Shown in pieces: positions 17,395 to 24,578 of a DNA stretch of 32,000 nucleotides. The notes below the pieces were generated by a model. That model worked only from the letters and a program-made list of their open reading frames with translations, was not told the origin of the DNA and ran no database searches. The translations under genes and the position numbers were made by a program. This DNA is from Massilicoli timonensis (GTDB lineage Bacteria > Bacillota_I > Bacilli_A > Erysipelotrichales > Erysipelotrichaceae), in the NCBI RefSeq assembly GCF_900199515.1, contig NZ_LT963434.1:513272-545271 (forward strand), read 5' to 3'. The first letter of the stretch is position 1. Each line of letters opens with the position of its first letter.

Positions 17395-18325
17395 GAAAGG
17401 GGTGTTTGATCTTATTGATCTGTTCTTTCTTAAAGGCCAGTGAAGAATGTACATATCTTCCAAGGGTAATGGATACACTGGAATGGCCCAACATTTCACT
17501 CAAAGATTTCACATCAATACCGACTTCAATACATCTAGTAGCATAGGTATGGCGAAGCGCATGAAAATTGATCTGAAACTCTTTCTGTCTGCACAGCCTT
17601 TGAAATTGATACTGTATCGTCCTTGGATCGATCGGCAGATTTGAATCAGACAAGATATAATGCTTTTTCGTCAACTCATTATGATGATTACCATAATTTC
17701 TGATCAAATGCATCTTGATAAATTCAGGAACCGGGACCAGTCTTTTGGAAGATGGGGTTTTGGGTGTGCTTACCATCAAAACGGTCTTTCGGTTCGACTG
17801 TTCCTCATTTTCAATTCGCTGTGCTGTTTTTGAAATATAGATCACGCCCTGCTCCAAATCGATATCCTGCCACTGCAAGGCACATATTTCTCCAATCCGA
17901 AGTCCTGCGTATAAGCCAAATAGGATTGCCAGTGACAAAGCATCTTGTTTATAAAAGCAGTATTGTCTTAACTGGCTTTCCTGTTGATCCGAAAGAATTT
18001 GGAAATGCGTATGCTGACGAGGCATTTTTACATATTGAAAATCAATATGTGCAATGTCATACTTATTTTCAGCGAATGACAGAACAGAACGCAGTACATA
18101 GCGGATCGTCTGAATCGTACTGAGCGCATATTTATGTGATTGATAGATATCCATAAAAAAATGAACAATGGCATCTTCACTCATCTTCTGAGATAAAAAG
18201 AACGGCTGTAACTGCAATCGTATAATGCGCTTATACTTCACATAAGTAGACTGCTTGATCGTCATACGTTTTCGGCATAGCCATTCATCTGCAATGACCG
18301 TCATGCTGATTTTACTGTTTTTCAT
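17387..18325 (-). CDS. Tyrosine site-specific recombinase (phage integrase/XerC-D family)
   Basis: The catalytic signature is visible: GLRIGEICAL (Arg I), HALRHTYATR (His-x-x-Arg) and LGHSSVSITLGRYVH (His/Tyr). An N-terminal SAM-like core-binding domain is present. AGGAGG SD is present. Confidence 0.9.
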   Translation of the reverse strand: MKNSKISMTVIADEWLCRKRMTIKQSTYVKYKRIIRLQLQPFFLSQKMSEDAIVHFFMDIYQSHKYALSTIQTIRYVLRSVLSFAENKYDIAHIDFQYVKMPRQHTHFQILSDQQESQLRQYCFYKQDALSLAILFGLYAGLRIGEICALQWQDIDLEQGVIYISKTAQRIENEEQSNRKTVLMVSTPKTPSSKRLVPVPEFIKMHLIRNYGNHHNELTKKHYILSDSNLPIDPRTIQYQFQRLCRQKEFQINFHALRHTYATRCIEVGIDVKSLSEMLGHSSVSITLGRYVHSSLAFKKEQINKIKHPFLS

Positions 18326-18465
18326 AGTAGACCTCCTAATAATTTCTTACAATGTACACCGTTTGTAAAGAAAAGCATAGGAAATTCACTTTCGATTCAC
18401 TCGCATGCAAATCCTGAAAAATGGCTGAAAAATGTGTTTTATTTATAGTATTTTTATACTATTTT

Positions 18466-18474
18466 GTGCTATAA
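18466..18474 (+). promoter_or_regulatory. Extended -10 promoter element TGcTATAAT facing out of the invertible segment through IRR
   Basis: This is a perfect TATAAT (18469-18474) with an upstream TG (18466-18467), preceded by an A/T-rich tract. The -35 (AGTATT) is poor. The predicted TSS is about 18481, inside the IRR arm. Confidence 0.5.
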
Positions 18475-18478
18475 TAAC

Positions 18479-18505
18479 TTTCGTAGAATAACATGTTCTA
18501 CGAAA
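18479..18505. repeat. Right recombinase core site (IRR): TTTCGTAGAA-TAACATG-TTCTACGAAA
   Basis: The arms are the same as in IRL and the 7-bp spacer is the reverse complement of the IRL spacer. The two sites are therefore in inverted orientation. Confidence 0.9.
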
Positions 18506-18516
18506 GAAAGAATATA

Positions 18517-18575
18517 AAAATGCTGAGAAACGTATGAACTTTCATTCATTCGCTTCCAGCATTTTATTTTATATT
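18517..18575. terminator. Long bidirectional terminator-like hairpin immediately outside IRR
   Basis: AAAATGCTG (18517-18525) pairs with CAGCATTTT (18557-18565). The inner segments GAAACG/CGCTTC and ATGAA/TTCAT also pair. The plus strand is followed by AUUUUAUUUUAUAUU and the minus strand by UUUUUAUAUUCUUUCUUUC. Confidence 0.55.
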
Positions 18576-18740
18576 GGTTTGTTAGAGAAACACCTTATGA
18601 TCAGTCCCGGCATATTTATAAAAGATTGCGAAAACGACTTCAAATCAAGACTTTCCAAGCACGAAAATCACTTAGACGATCCATAGGATTCAAATCCCTA
18701 ATAACGTAGTTCTATTGCGTAACACCATATCACTGTACAC

Positions 18741-18769
18741 AGAAAAAAACAGGACGTGTGCAGTCCTTC
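18741..18769 (-). terminator. Candidate terminator of the hydrolase gene
   Basis: The minus-strand RNA forms AGGAC-UGCACAC-GUCCU followed by GUUUUUUUC, about 30 nt after the stop codon. The stem is short (5 bp). Confidence 0.4.
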
Positions 18770-18799
18770 ATGACTGTCTGCGCCCTGATTGTTTGTGTA

Positions 18800-19429
18800 T
18801 TACAGATCGCCGTTCCAAAAATCATAAATTAAGTTAGAAAGCTCCTTAGGGTTATCAACATTAACCTCGTGTGAAGAATTAGAAACAGTGTTGAATGAAC
18901 TTCCTTTTATTGTCTTATGCAATCTCTTTGCACTCTCCATATTCTGATTATCCTTCACACCACACAAAATCAAGCTCCTGCAATGTATTTTCTCCAAATT
19001 TTCCGCTATATCTAAATGAGCCATTGACTTGACCAGTGTGATAAATTTCTTTTTAGGACACCCTATTTTTTCAAACGCAGCTTTCGGCATAAAATGAAAT
19101 ACAACACTTTGCAGATGGAAAAGAAATTTTGGTATTTTATATGGAGTGCCGATCAAAATAATCGTATTTACCTTGTCGGGAAATTTTTTTGCATAATCAA
19201 TTGCTAATATACCGCCCAATGATAATCCACACAAGTTTAATTTTCCCTCAAAAGCATTGCAATAATCAGAAAACTTATTAAACAAAGTAATATAGTCCGG
19301 TTCTGCATGATCAAGCATAGAATACAGGTTAGGCGCAGTTGTTTCAATGCCTTTCCTCTTCAATTCATAATCAACGGCCTTCCAACTACTTTTATTCTGC
19401 CCTAATCCATGTATTAAAATATGTTTCAT
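18800..19429 (-). CDS. Alpha/beta-fold hydrolase
   Basis: It has an HGLGQNKSSW oxyanion-region motif, a nucleophile elbow GLSLGG (GxSxG) and a C-terminal SSHEV His region. The protein is 209 aa. Confidence 0.8.
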   Translation of the reverse strand: MKHILIHGLGQNKSSWKAVDYELKRKGIETTAPNLYSMLDHAEPDYITLFNKFSDYCNAFEGKLNLCGLSLGGILAIDYAKKFPDKVNTIILIGTPYKIPKFLFHLQSVVFHFMPKAAFEKIGCPKKKFITLVKSMAHLDIAENLEKIHCRSLILCGVKDNQNMESAKRLHKTIKGSSFNTVSNSSHEVNVDNPKELSNLIYDFWNGDL

Positions 19430-19738
19430 GCTTCCACCAACTTTCTATATGCAAATCATTTTAACAATACTGTTTTCCTATATTGCGGGTTTGACGGTCA
19501 TGACGGAAAAGTCCATTCATTTTATGATGGACGGAAGCGGCTGGCTTTGCCATTACTGACGAGTTTCTCCTATCATGCAGCTTCTTTCATATTTTTTCAA
19601 CATCTCATACTTGATGAGGCAAAAATAGTTTTTCTCTCCATGGCAAAGATGCGTCACTAGAACAAGCAATTTTCTATCTGTATCAAAGCCAATGTCATAC
19701 ACGCCGACACGCGCTTTCTATATATTACGCCTGATTTT

Positions 19739-20101
19739 TTATTCATCATCCCGATGAATTTCAATATGCACACTGCTGCCGCCATCTCGATGAAATAACA
19801 GATAAATACCCAAGACAATAAAAAATACCGGCACGCCAAAACGCATGACATCCCGTGAATGCAGAATATGCAGTTCACCTAATAAAAGCGAAGCTCCAAA
19901 CAGCAGCCAAGTGGTATTCCAGATTCCGATACCTCTTTCATACATGCTGTTGAGCGCCGGAATGATGATGAAAAGCGTCCACCATCCACGAAAGAATATC
20001 GAAAAATGCCAAATGCCGAATATATTCCCGGCATAGCCAAAACCAATCAGCAAAAAGAGAATCCCTAAGCATAATCTGCCGAAACTCATATTATCTTTCA
20101 T
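19739..20101 (-). CDS. Small integral membrane protein (about 4 TM; LiaF/LiaI-like TM-domain appearance)
   Basis: The protein is 120 aa with four hydrophobic segments. Its start overlaps the srtB stop by 11 nt, which suggests co-translation. No catalytic motif was recognised. Confidence 0.5.
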   Translation of the reverse strand: MKDNMSFGRLCLGILFLLIGFGYAGNIFGIWHFSIFFRGWWTLFIIIPALNSMYERGIGIWNTTWLLFGASLLLGELHILHSRDVMRFGVPVFFIVLGIYLLFHRDGGSSVHIEIHRDDE

Positions 20102-20882
20102 CTACACCACTCCATTCTTCTAATATCGCATGCAATAAGTAACGTCTTTCATTGGCAACCCCATCTTCATAGGAGCAAGTAGATAAAGTAATCAAGCGAT
20201 CCTGTGCCGATGCTTCCACACCATAGTCAAATAAGGAAAGCCCTTTTACCATTTCCAGATAAGCGCCCTGTGTCGCACTGTTCGTATTGCCTAATAAATA
20301 AGAATCTGAATCATAGGAAGTGGAATACATCGAATAGATCGGACAGCGATACTGTTTATCCGGTGTAAACAAATAAACATAACGATGGGCATCGGCAAAC
20401 GCCTGATCACGAAACATCTCCAGATTGGTAAACATCGTTCCATGCTTGGTAGAATGCCCATAGATAAACGAATTCATGTCACTGAAATCAGCCGATGCAT
20501 TGGCATCCAGAAAGATCGCGCCGGCATAGTTGCTTTCCTTCGCAACCGTATGCGACAAATAATAATCGTTGTCCGTACCCTGCACCACCGCATAGGAGAT
20601 ATCCGTATCCGGTATCATGATCCATGCGATCACATCCGGATTGATCTCGCGAAGCTTCTCAAAATCAACGCTGCGCAACTCTTCCTGTCCGTTTTTTTTC
20701 ACCGTCTTGATCGAACCTTTCAGTTCTTCGGTTTCTTGCTTTTCTTTATAATTGGCATAATAAATGCTGCCTAATTGAAAGGCGCTGTATGCGAATACAC
20801 ATGCGGCGATCAGCATCAGGATGCGATACACCCATTTTGATACCCGTTTTCTACTGTTTTTATTTTCACTCTTTTGTTTCAT
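20091..20882 (-). CDS. srtB: Class B sortase
   Basis: An N-terminal membrane anchor is present. SrtB-type motifs include DVIAWIMIPDTDISYAVVQGTDNDYYLSH and FIYGHSTKHGTMF, with a catalytic TLSTCS cysteine and a downstream Arg. Confidence 0.85.
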   Translation of the reverse strand: MKQKSENKNSRKRVSKWVYRILMLIAACVFAYSAFQLGSIYYANYKEKQETEELKGSIKTVKKNGQEELRSVDFEKLREINPDVIAWIMIPDTDISYAVVQGTDNDYYLSHTVAKESNYAGAIFLDANASADFSDMNSFIYGHSTKHGTMFTNLEMFRDQAFADAHRYVYLFTPDKQYRCPIYSMYSTSYDSDSYLLGNTNSATQGAYLEMVKGLSLFDYGVEASAQDRLITLSTCSYEDGVANERRYLLHAILEEWSGVDER

Positions 20883-20903
20883 AAAATCACTCTTTTCTGT
20901 GCT

Positions 20904-20932
20904 ATTGTATCATGTTTTATTCACTCAGACAA
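20904..20932 (-). promoter_or_regulatory. Candidate sigma-A promoter for srtB (TTGTCT-17-TACAAT with TG extension)
   Basis: The minus strand reads TTGTCTgagtgaataaaacaTGaTACAAT about 20 nt upstream of the srtB SD. Confidence 0.35.
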
Positions 20933-20933
20933 A

Positions 20934-21464
20934 TCAAACTCTCTTCTCGATCACATAAAGATAGGGAGAAGCAGGACTGCCAGAAGTGATCTTCAAGTAA
21001 GGATAAGATAAACCTGCGACATAGGTGTCCAGCCATGCGCTCTCTTTCCTGCCTTCTTCATGTCCGATATAAACGCACAGCACCAGCACACCTTTTCGCT
21101 TCAATAAGCGCAAAGCCTGCGGCACCGCTTCTTTCGTCGTCAGAAGTGTGGTCGTCAGTTGTTCGCTTCCATGAGGCAGATAGCCAAAGTTGAAAATGGC
21201 GGCATCCAGCTCTTCTTTGATATAGGAAGACATCCGCACATGACTTCCCTCACAGTAAATGATATTGTCAAGCTGTGCTTCCTTTGCTTTCTTTTTGGTG
21301 ATGACAAATGCTTCCTTTTGAATATCAAAGGCATAGACGCGGCGGGCGTGCTTTGCCAAAAAAAGTGTATCATAGCCATTTCCCATCGTAAAATCAGCAC
21401 AAACGGCGTGTTCATGCAGATATGGCAGCATCAGATCATGCGCCAGTACAGTCATTTTCTTCAT
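20934..21464 (-). CDS. Class I SAM-dependent methyltransferase of the YtqB/MnmM ('putative rRNA methylase') family
   Basis: It carries the family motifs DFTMGNGYDTLFLA, VYAFDIQKEA, IFNFGYLPHG and VYIGHEEG. The protein is 176 aa. Confidence 0.7.
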   Translation of the reverse strand: MKKMTVLAHDLMLPYLHEHAVCADFTMGNGYDTLFLAKHARRVYAFDIQKEAFVITKKKAKEAQLDNIIYCEGSHVRMSSYIKEELDAAIFNFGYLPHGSEQLTTTLLTTKEAVPQALRLLKRKGVLVLCVYIGHEEGRKESAWLDTYVAGLSYPYLKITSGSPASPYLYVIEKRV

Positions 21465-21524
21465 AGCGGTTTCCTCTTATCGTTTTCTTTTGATCGCATT
21501 CATTATATAATAAGTAAAGGAGTG

Positions 21525-22874
21525 ATGAAAGTGCAAATTCCCCCATCAGCAAAAACAATCATGGAGCGTTTGACAAAGGCCGGCTATCGCTGCTATTTAG
21601 TCGGCGGATGTGTACGGGATCAATTACTGAAGCGCCCTGTTCATGATTATGATATGACAACCGATGCCTTGCCGGATGTGCTGCTTGACCTGTTTCAAGA
21701 ATATCCGCTGGTTACAAGCGGATCAAAGCATGGAACGATCGGCATCGTGATAGCGAAAGAAGTGATCGAAGTAACGACGCACCGCAAAGAAAGCGCCTAT
21801 TTAGATCATCGCCATCCTCATGTTTTGACCTTTACCGACTCGCTGCAGGAAGACCTTTCCCGCCGTGATTTTACGATCAATGCCATGGCATATGATCAAG
21901 CAGGCATTCTTTATGATCCCTATCATGGCCTAGAGGATCTGAAAAAGAAGCAGATCGTCTGCGTCGGGGATCCCGATCAGCGTTTTCAGGAAGATGCCCT
22001 GCGCATCATGCGCGCCATTCGCTTTTCGATGCAGTTAGGATTTGTCATTGAAGAAAAGACGGCGGCGGCTTTGAAAAAAAATGTGCCGCTGTTAAAACAT
22101 GTTGCCAAGGAAAGACTGCGTGATGAATTTCATCTCATGTTAGAAAGCAACAGTGAAAACCTGTTGGGGCAGTTAGAAGCATATGGTGTTTTAACTGTAT
22201 TATTTCCGCTTTTAGCGTCGATGAAAGGATTTCAACAGGATAATCCATGGCATCCTTACGATTTACTTACCCATACCGATATCGCTTTGTCACACAGCAA
22301 AAACGCACCTTTGATCGTCAAGCTCGCCCTATATTTTCATGACTGCGGGAAGTTGTTTACCCGTACTTATGATGACCGCCTGATCGCACATTATCATGGT
22401 CATGCCGCAAAAAGTGCGGAATTAGCCGATGCCATCTTAAAAGAATATCGCTATCCGACCAAGATGCGCAAGGATATTTTATTGCTGATCACCTATCATG
22501 ATTACTATATGCAGCCAAAAGACGTCTTTCTGCGCCGTTTTCTAAGCAAACTGGATAATCGCTATCCCCTGGCCTTTGCGATCCTGCAAGTGCAGTATGC
22601 CGATGACTGTGCAAAAAATCCCGCCTTGGCAAAGGATAAGCTGGACATCATCCGCTTTTGTAGAAAACGGCTGGAAGAAATGCAGAAAGAGCCTGCCATC
22701 CATCTGCATGATCTGGCGATCAACGGACACGACATCGCCGCCTTAGGCTACCAGGGGAAAGCGATCGGTGAAATCAAAAAAGAATTGCTTGATCATGTGA
22801 TTGCCCATCCGGATGCCAATCAGCGCGATACTTTGATCGCTTACTTAAAAGAAAAGGAGGAACGCCATGAATGA
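21525..22874 (+). CDS. cca: CCA-adding tRNA nucleotidyltransferase with HD domain
   Basis: The sequence has YLVGGCVRDQLLKRPVHDYDMTT, RRDFTINAMA, ALRIMRAIRF and an HD motif FHDCGK. The track ORF start (21159) is an artefactual upstream extension antisense to the methyltransferase gene. The real start is ATG 21525 or GTG 21531, after an AAAGGAG SD. Confidence 0.85.
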   Translation: MKVQIPPSAKTIMERLTKAGYRCYLVGGCVRDQLLKRPVHDYDMTTDALPDVLLDLFQEYPLVTSGSKHGTIGIVIAKEVIEVTTHRKESAYLDHRHPHVLTFTDSLQEDLSRRDFTINAMAYDQAGILYDPYHGLEDLKKKQIVCVGDPDQRFQEDALRIMRAIRFSMQLGFVIEEKTAAALKKNVPLLKHVAKERLRDEFHLMLESNSENLLGQLEAYGVLTVLFPLLASMKGFQQDNPWHPYDLLTHTDIALSHSKNAPLIVKLALYFHDCGKLFTRTYDDRLIAHYHGHAAKSAELADAILKEYRYPTKMRKDILLLITYHDYYMQPKDVFLRRFLSKLDNRYPLAFAILQVQYADDCAKNPALAKDKLDIIRFCRKRLEEMQKEPAIHLHDLAINGHDIAALGYQGKAIGEIKKELLDHVIAHPDANQRDTLIAYLKEKEERHE

Positions 22875-24498
22875 ACTGTTAATATTATGTGCCTGCATCA
22901 TGATCCTCTGCATCGTTTTTTCTAAATTATCGGTGCGCATCGGCATGCCGGCGCTGGTCGTCTTTTTACTGCTGGGCATGGCATTTGGAAGCGACGGCTT
23001 CTTTCAGATTCATTTTGATGATTATGCACTGGCGGAGAATGTCAGTTATCTCGCTTTGATCTTTATCATGTTTTACGGCGGTTTTTGTTTGAATCTGAAA
23101 GCGGCGCGTCCTTTTATCGCCCAAGCCTCATTATTGGCGACCGCAGGTATCGTCATCAGCGCACTGGCATTAGCAGCGATCTGTCATGCTTTACTGCCGT
23201 TTTCATGGTTAGAATCATTTTTGATCGCTTCGGTGCTTGCTTCTACCGATGCCGCCAGCGTATTCAGTATTCTGCGTATGAAAAAACTGAACCTCAAAGC
23301 AGGATTGGCGCCGATCTTGGAGATGGAAAGCGGCAGCAATGATCCTTTTGCCTATCTGTTGACCATGATCGCTTTATCATTGTTAAGCGGCAGTGAGACC
23401 TCGATTTTCTTCTTGTCGCTCCAGCAGATCCTGCTCGGCATCGGCAGCGGTATTCTCATTGCCGGCTGTACGCTTTTGGTATTTCGTTTTCTCAAGATCA
23501 AAGAAAGCGGCTTAAACAGCATTTTATTGGCTGCTTTTGTCATCCTCGCTTATGCGTTTGCTTCATTGATCAAAGGAAACGGCTTTTTGAGCGTCTACCT
23601 CTGCGGGGTGATCCTTGGCAACTGCAAGCTCCCGCAGAAAGCTGAACAGATCCATTTCTTTGATTCGATTTCTTCGATGATACAGATCGTTTTATTCTTC
23701 ATGCTGGGACTGCTTTCTTTTCCTTCACAGTTACCGGACGCGATCTTCAGCGCCTTGATCATCTTTTTGGCGCTTACCTTCTTCGCACGTCCGATCGCCG
23801 TCTTTCTCTGTCTGATTCCTTTTTCATTAAGCATCAAAGAAAAACTGTTTTTATCCTGGTGCGGCTTGCGTGGGGCTGCTTCGATCGTTTTCGCGATCGT
23901 CGCGGTGCTCTCTCCTGCCTATACCGATTTTGACATTTTTCATATCGTGATGATCGTTTCTTTGTTGTCGATCACCTTACAGGGCATGCTGCTGCCAAAG
24001 GCCGCCAAATGGCTCAATGTCATTGATGAAAGCAACGATACTTCCCGCACGTTCAACGACTATCTGGAAGAAACCGCCATGCAGCTCATTCATGTACAGA
24101 TCAGCCGTCATCATCCTTGGATCGATAAAACGCTGCAGGAGATCGAAATGCCGCCGGAAATGATCGCAGTCTTATTAAAACGCGGTAATGAAGCCTTTGT
24201 TCCGGATGGTGCAACAAAACTGCTCTATCATGATCATTTGGTTTTAGTAACCACCAATCGAGAAAACGGAATACAGCTGGAGATGGAAGAAATCCCATTA
24301 TCCAAACATAAACAGTGGATCGGTTCTCCTTTGGCAGACATGGATACCGCAAAATTCTTGATCATTCTCATCAGACGAAACGATGACTATTTTGTGCCGG
24401 ACGGCACGACGATCTTACAAAGCGGCGATGTGCTCATTGCCTGTGAACGTGATGTCATTTTGAAACCGGAAAAAGAACCGCCTATGCTTGCCCATTGA
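22867..24498 (+). CDS. K+/H+ (monovalent cation:proton) antiporter, CPA1/NhaP2-CvrA type with C-terminal TrkA-C (RCK_C) domains
   Basis: A membrane domain of about 12 TM helices is present, with ASTDAASVF and ESGSNDP motifs. Two C-terminal RCK_C-like segments follow. The ATG overlaps the cca stop and has an AAAGGAGG SD. Confidence 0.85.
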   Translation: MNELLILCACIMILCIVFSKLSVRIGMPALVVFLLLGMAFGSDGFFQIHFDDYALAENVSYLALIFIMFYGGFCLNLKAARPFIAQASLLATAGIVISALALAAICHALLPFSWLESFLIASVLASTDAASVFSILRMKKLNLKAGLAPILEMESGSNDPFAYLLTMIALSLLSGSETSIFFLSLQQILLGIGSGILIAGCTLLVFRFLKIKESGLNSILLAAFVILAYAFASLIKGNGFLSVYLCGVILGNCKLPQKAEQIHFFDSISSMIQIVLFFMLGLLSFPSQLPDAIFSALIIFLALTFFARPIAVFLCLIPFSLSIKEKLFLSWCGLRGAASIVFAIVAVLSPAYTDFDIFHIVMIVSLLSITLQGMLLPKAAKWLNVIDESNDTSRTFNDYLEETAMQLIHVQISRHHPWIDKTLQEIEMPPEMIAVLLKRGNEAFVPDGATKLLYHDHLVLVTTNRENGIQLEMEEIPLSKHKQWIGSPLADMDTAKFLIILIRRNDDYFVPDGTTILQSGDVLIACERDVILKPEKEPPMLAH

Positions 24499-24514
24499 TT
24501 CATCTCTTTACGTT

Positions 24515-24547
24515 AAAAAAGGGAAACCTCTCGGTTTGCCCTTTTTT
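24515..24547. terminator. Bidirectional rho-independent terminator between convergent antiporter and greA genes
   Basis: The sequence is AAAAAA-GGGAAACC-tctc-GGTTTGCCC-TTTTTT. Confidence 0.7.
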
Positions 24548-24578
24548 CATCATAACGGTTGTTTTCACACACGATCGC

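Larger units (their letters stand above)
17368..18505. promoter_or_regulatory. Putative invertible DNA switch (1138 bp) carrying its own tyrosine recombinase and an outward promoter; predicted OFF orientation relative to the polysaccharide operon in this assembly
   Basis: Two 27/27 inverted lox/FRT-like sites bracket exactly one recombinase gene plus 153 bp of non-coding DNA that holds TGcTATAAT. The first operon gene starts 18 nt beyond IRL, which leaves no room for a promoter. Confidence 0.65.

Noticed and set aside
17368-18505. An alternative reading of the IR-flanked recombinase unit is an insertion sequence or miniature integrative element with terminal inverted repeats.
   Set aside because: The gene is a tyrosine recombinase, not a DDE or serine transposase. 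Each repeat is itself a palindromic-arm and asymmetric-spacer core site. No target-site duplication flanks the unit (GCG on the left, GAAAG on the right). The unit also sits exactly where the operon needs a promoter. The reading cannot be fully excluded without copy-number and read-orientation data, so it is listed as a refutation route in the main finding.
18615-18643. A minus-strand promoter-like element (TTGAAG-17-TATAAA) outside IRR points into the invertible segment. It could drive the recombinase only in the present orientation.
   Set aside because: The bidirectional terminator hairpin (18517-18575) lies between it and the segment. The hexamers are only moderate matches in AT-rich DNA. 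This is not enough to claim orientation-dependent recombinase expression.
18534-18686. A 50-aa plus-strand ORF (MNFHSFASSILFYIGLLEKHL...) lies downstream of the outward promoter and could be an OFF-state product.
   Set aside because: It has no convincing SD. Its start codon is buried in the stem of the terminator hairpin (18517-18565). It has no recognisable motif and falls below the ORF-track threshold. It is most likely non-coding.
18676-18705. A tRNA T-arm-like motif (TAGGATTCAAATCCCTA) near the recombinase could be a relic tRNA 3' end or att site.
   Set aside because: The stem has a mismatch. No acceptor stem, anticodon arm or D-arm can be built from the flanking sequence. There is also no second copy that would define att sites.
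19430-19738. A 300-bp gap between the hydrolase and the small membrane protein gene holds only short broken ORFs. On the minus strand these are VTHLCHGEKNYFCLIKYEMLKKYERSCMIGETRQ* and MAKPAASVHHKMNGLFRHDRQTRNIGKQYC*. On the plus strand there is a 79-aa ORF at 19421..19660.
   Set aside because: It could be a decayed gene remnant, but I recognise no family and see no SD. The plus-strand ORF would lack any context. It is left unannotated.
21159-21524. The cca track ORF has a 122-aa N-terminal extension. Similar long N-terminal extensions occur in the murG (2395-2655), murB (1319-1396) and GNAT (31391-31534) track ORFs.
   Set aside because: The extensions overlap neighbouring genes or intergenic promoters and are not family-like. 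Internal starts with good SD sequences reproduce the canonical N-termini.
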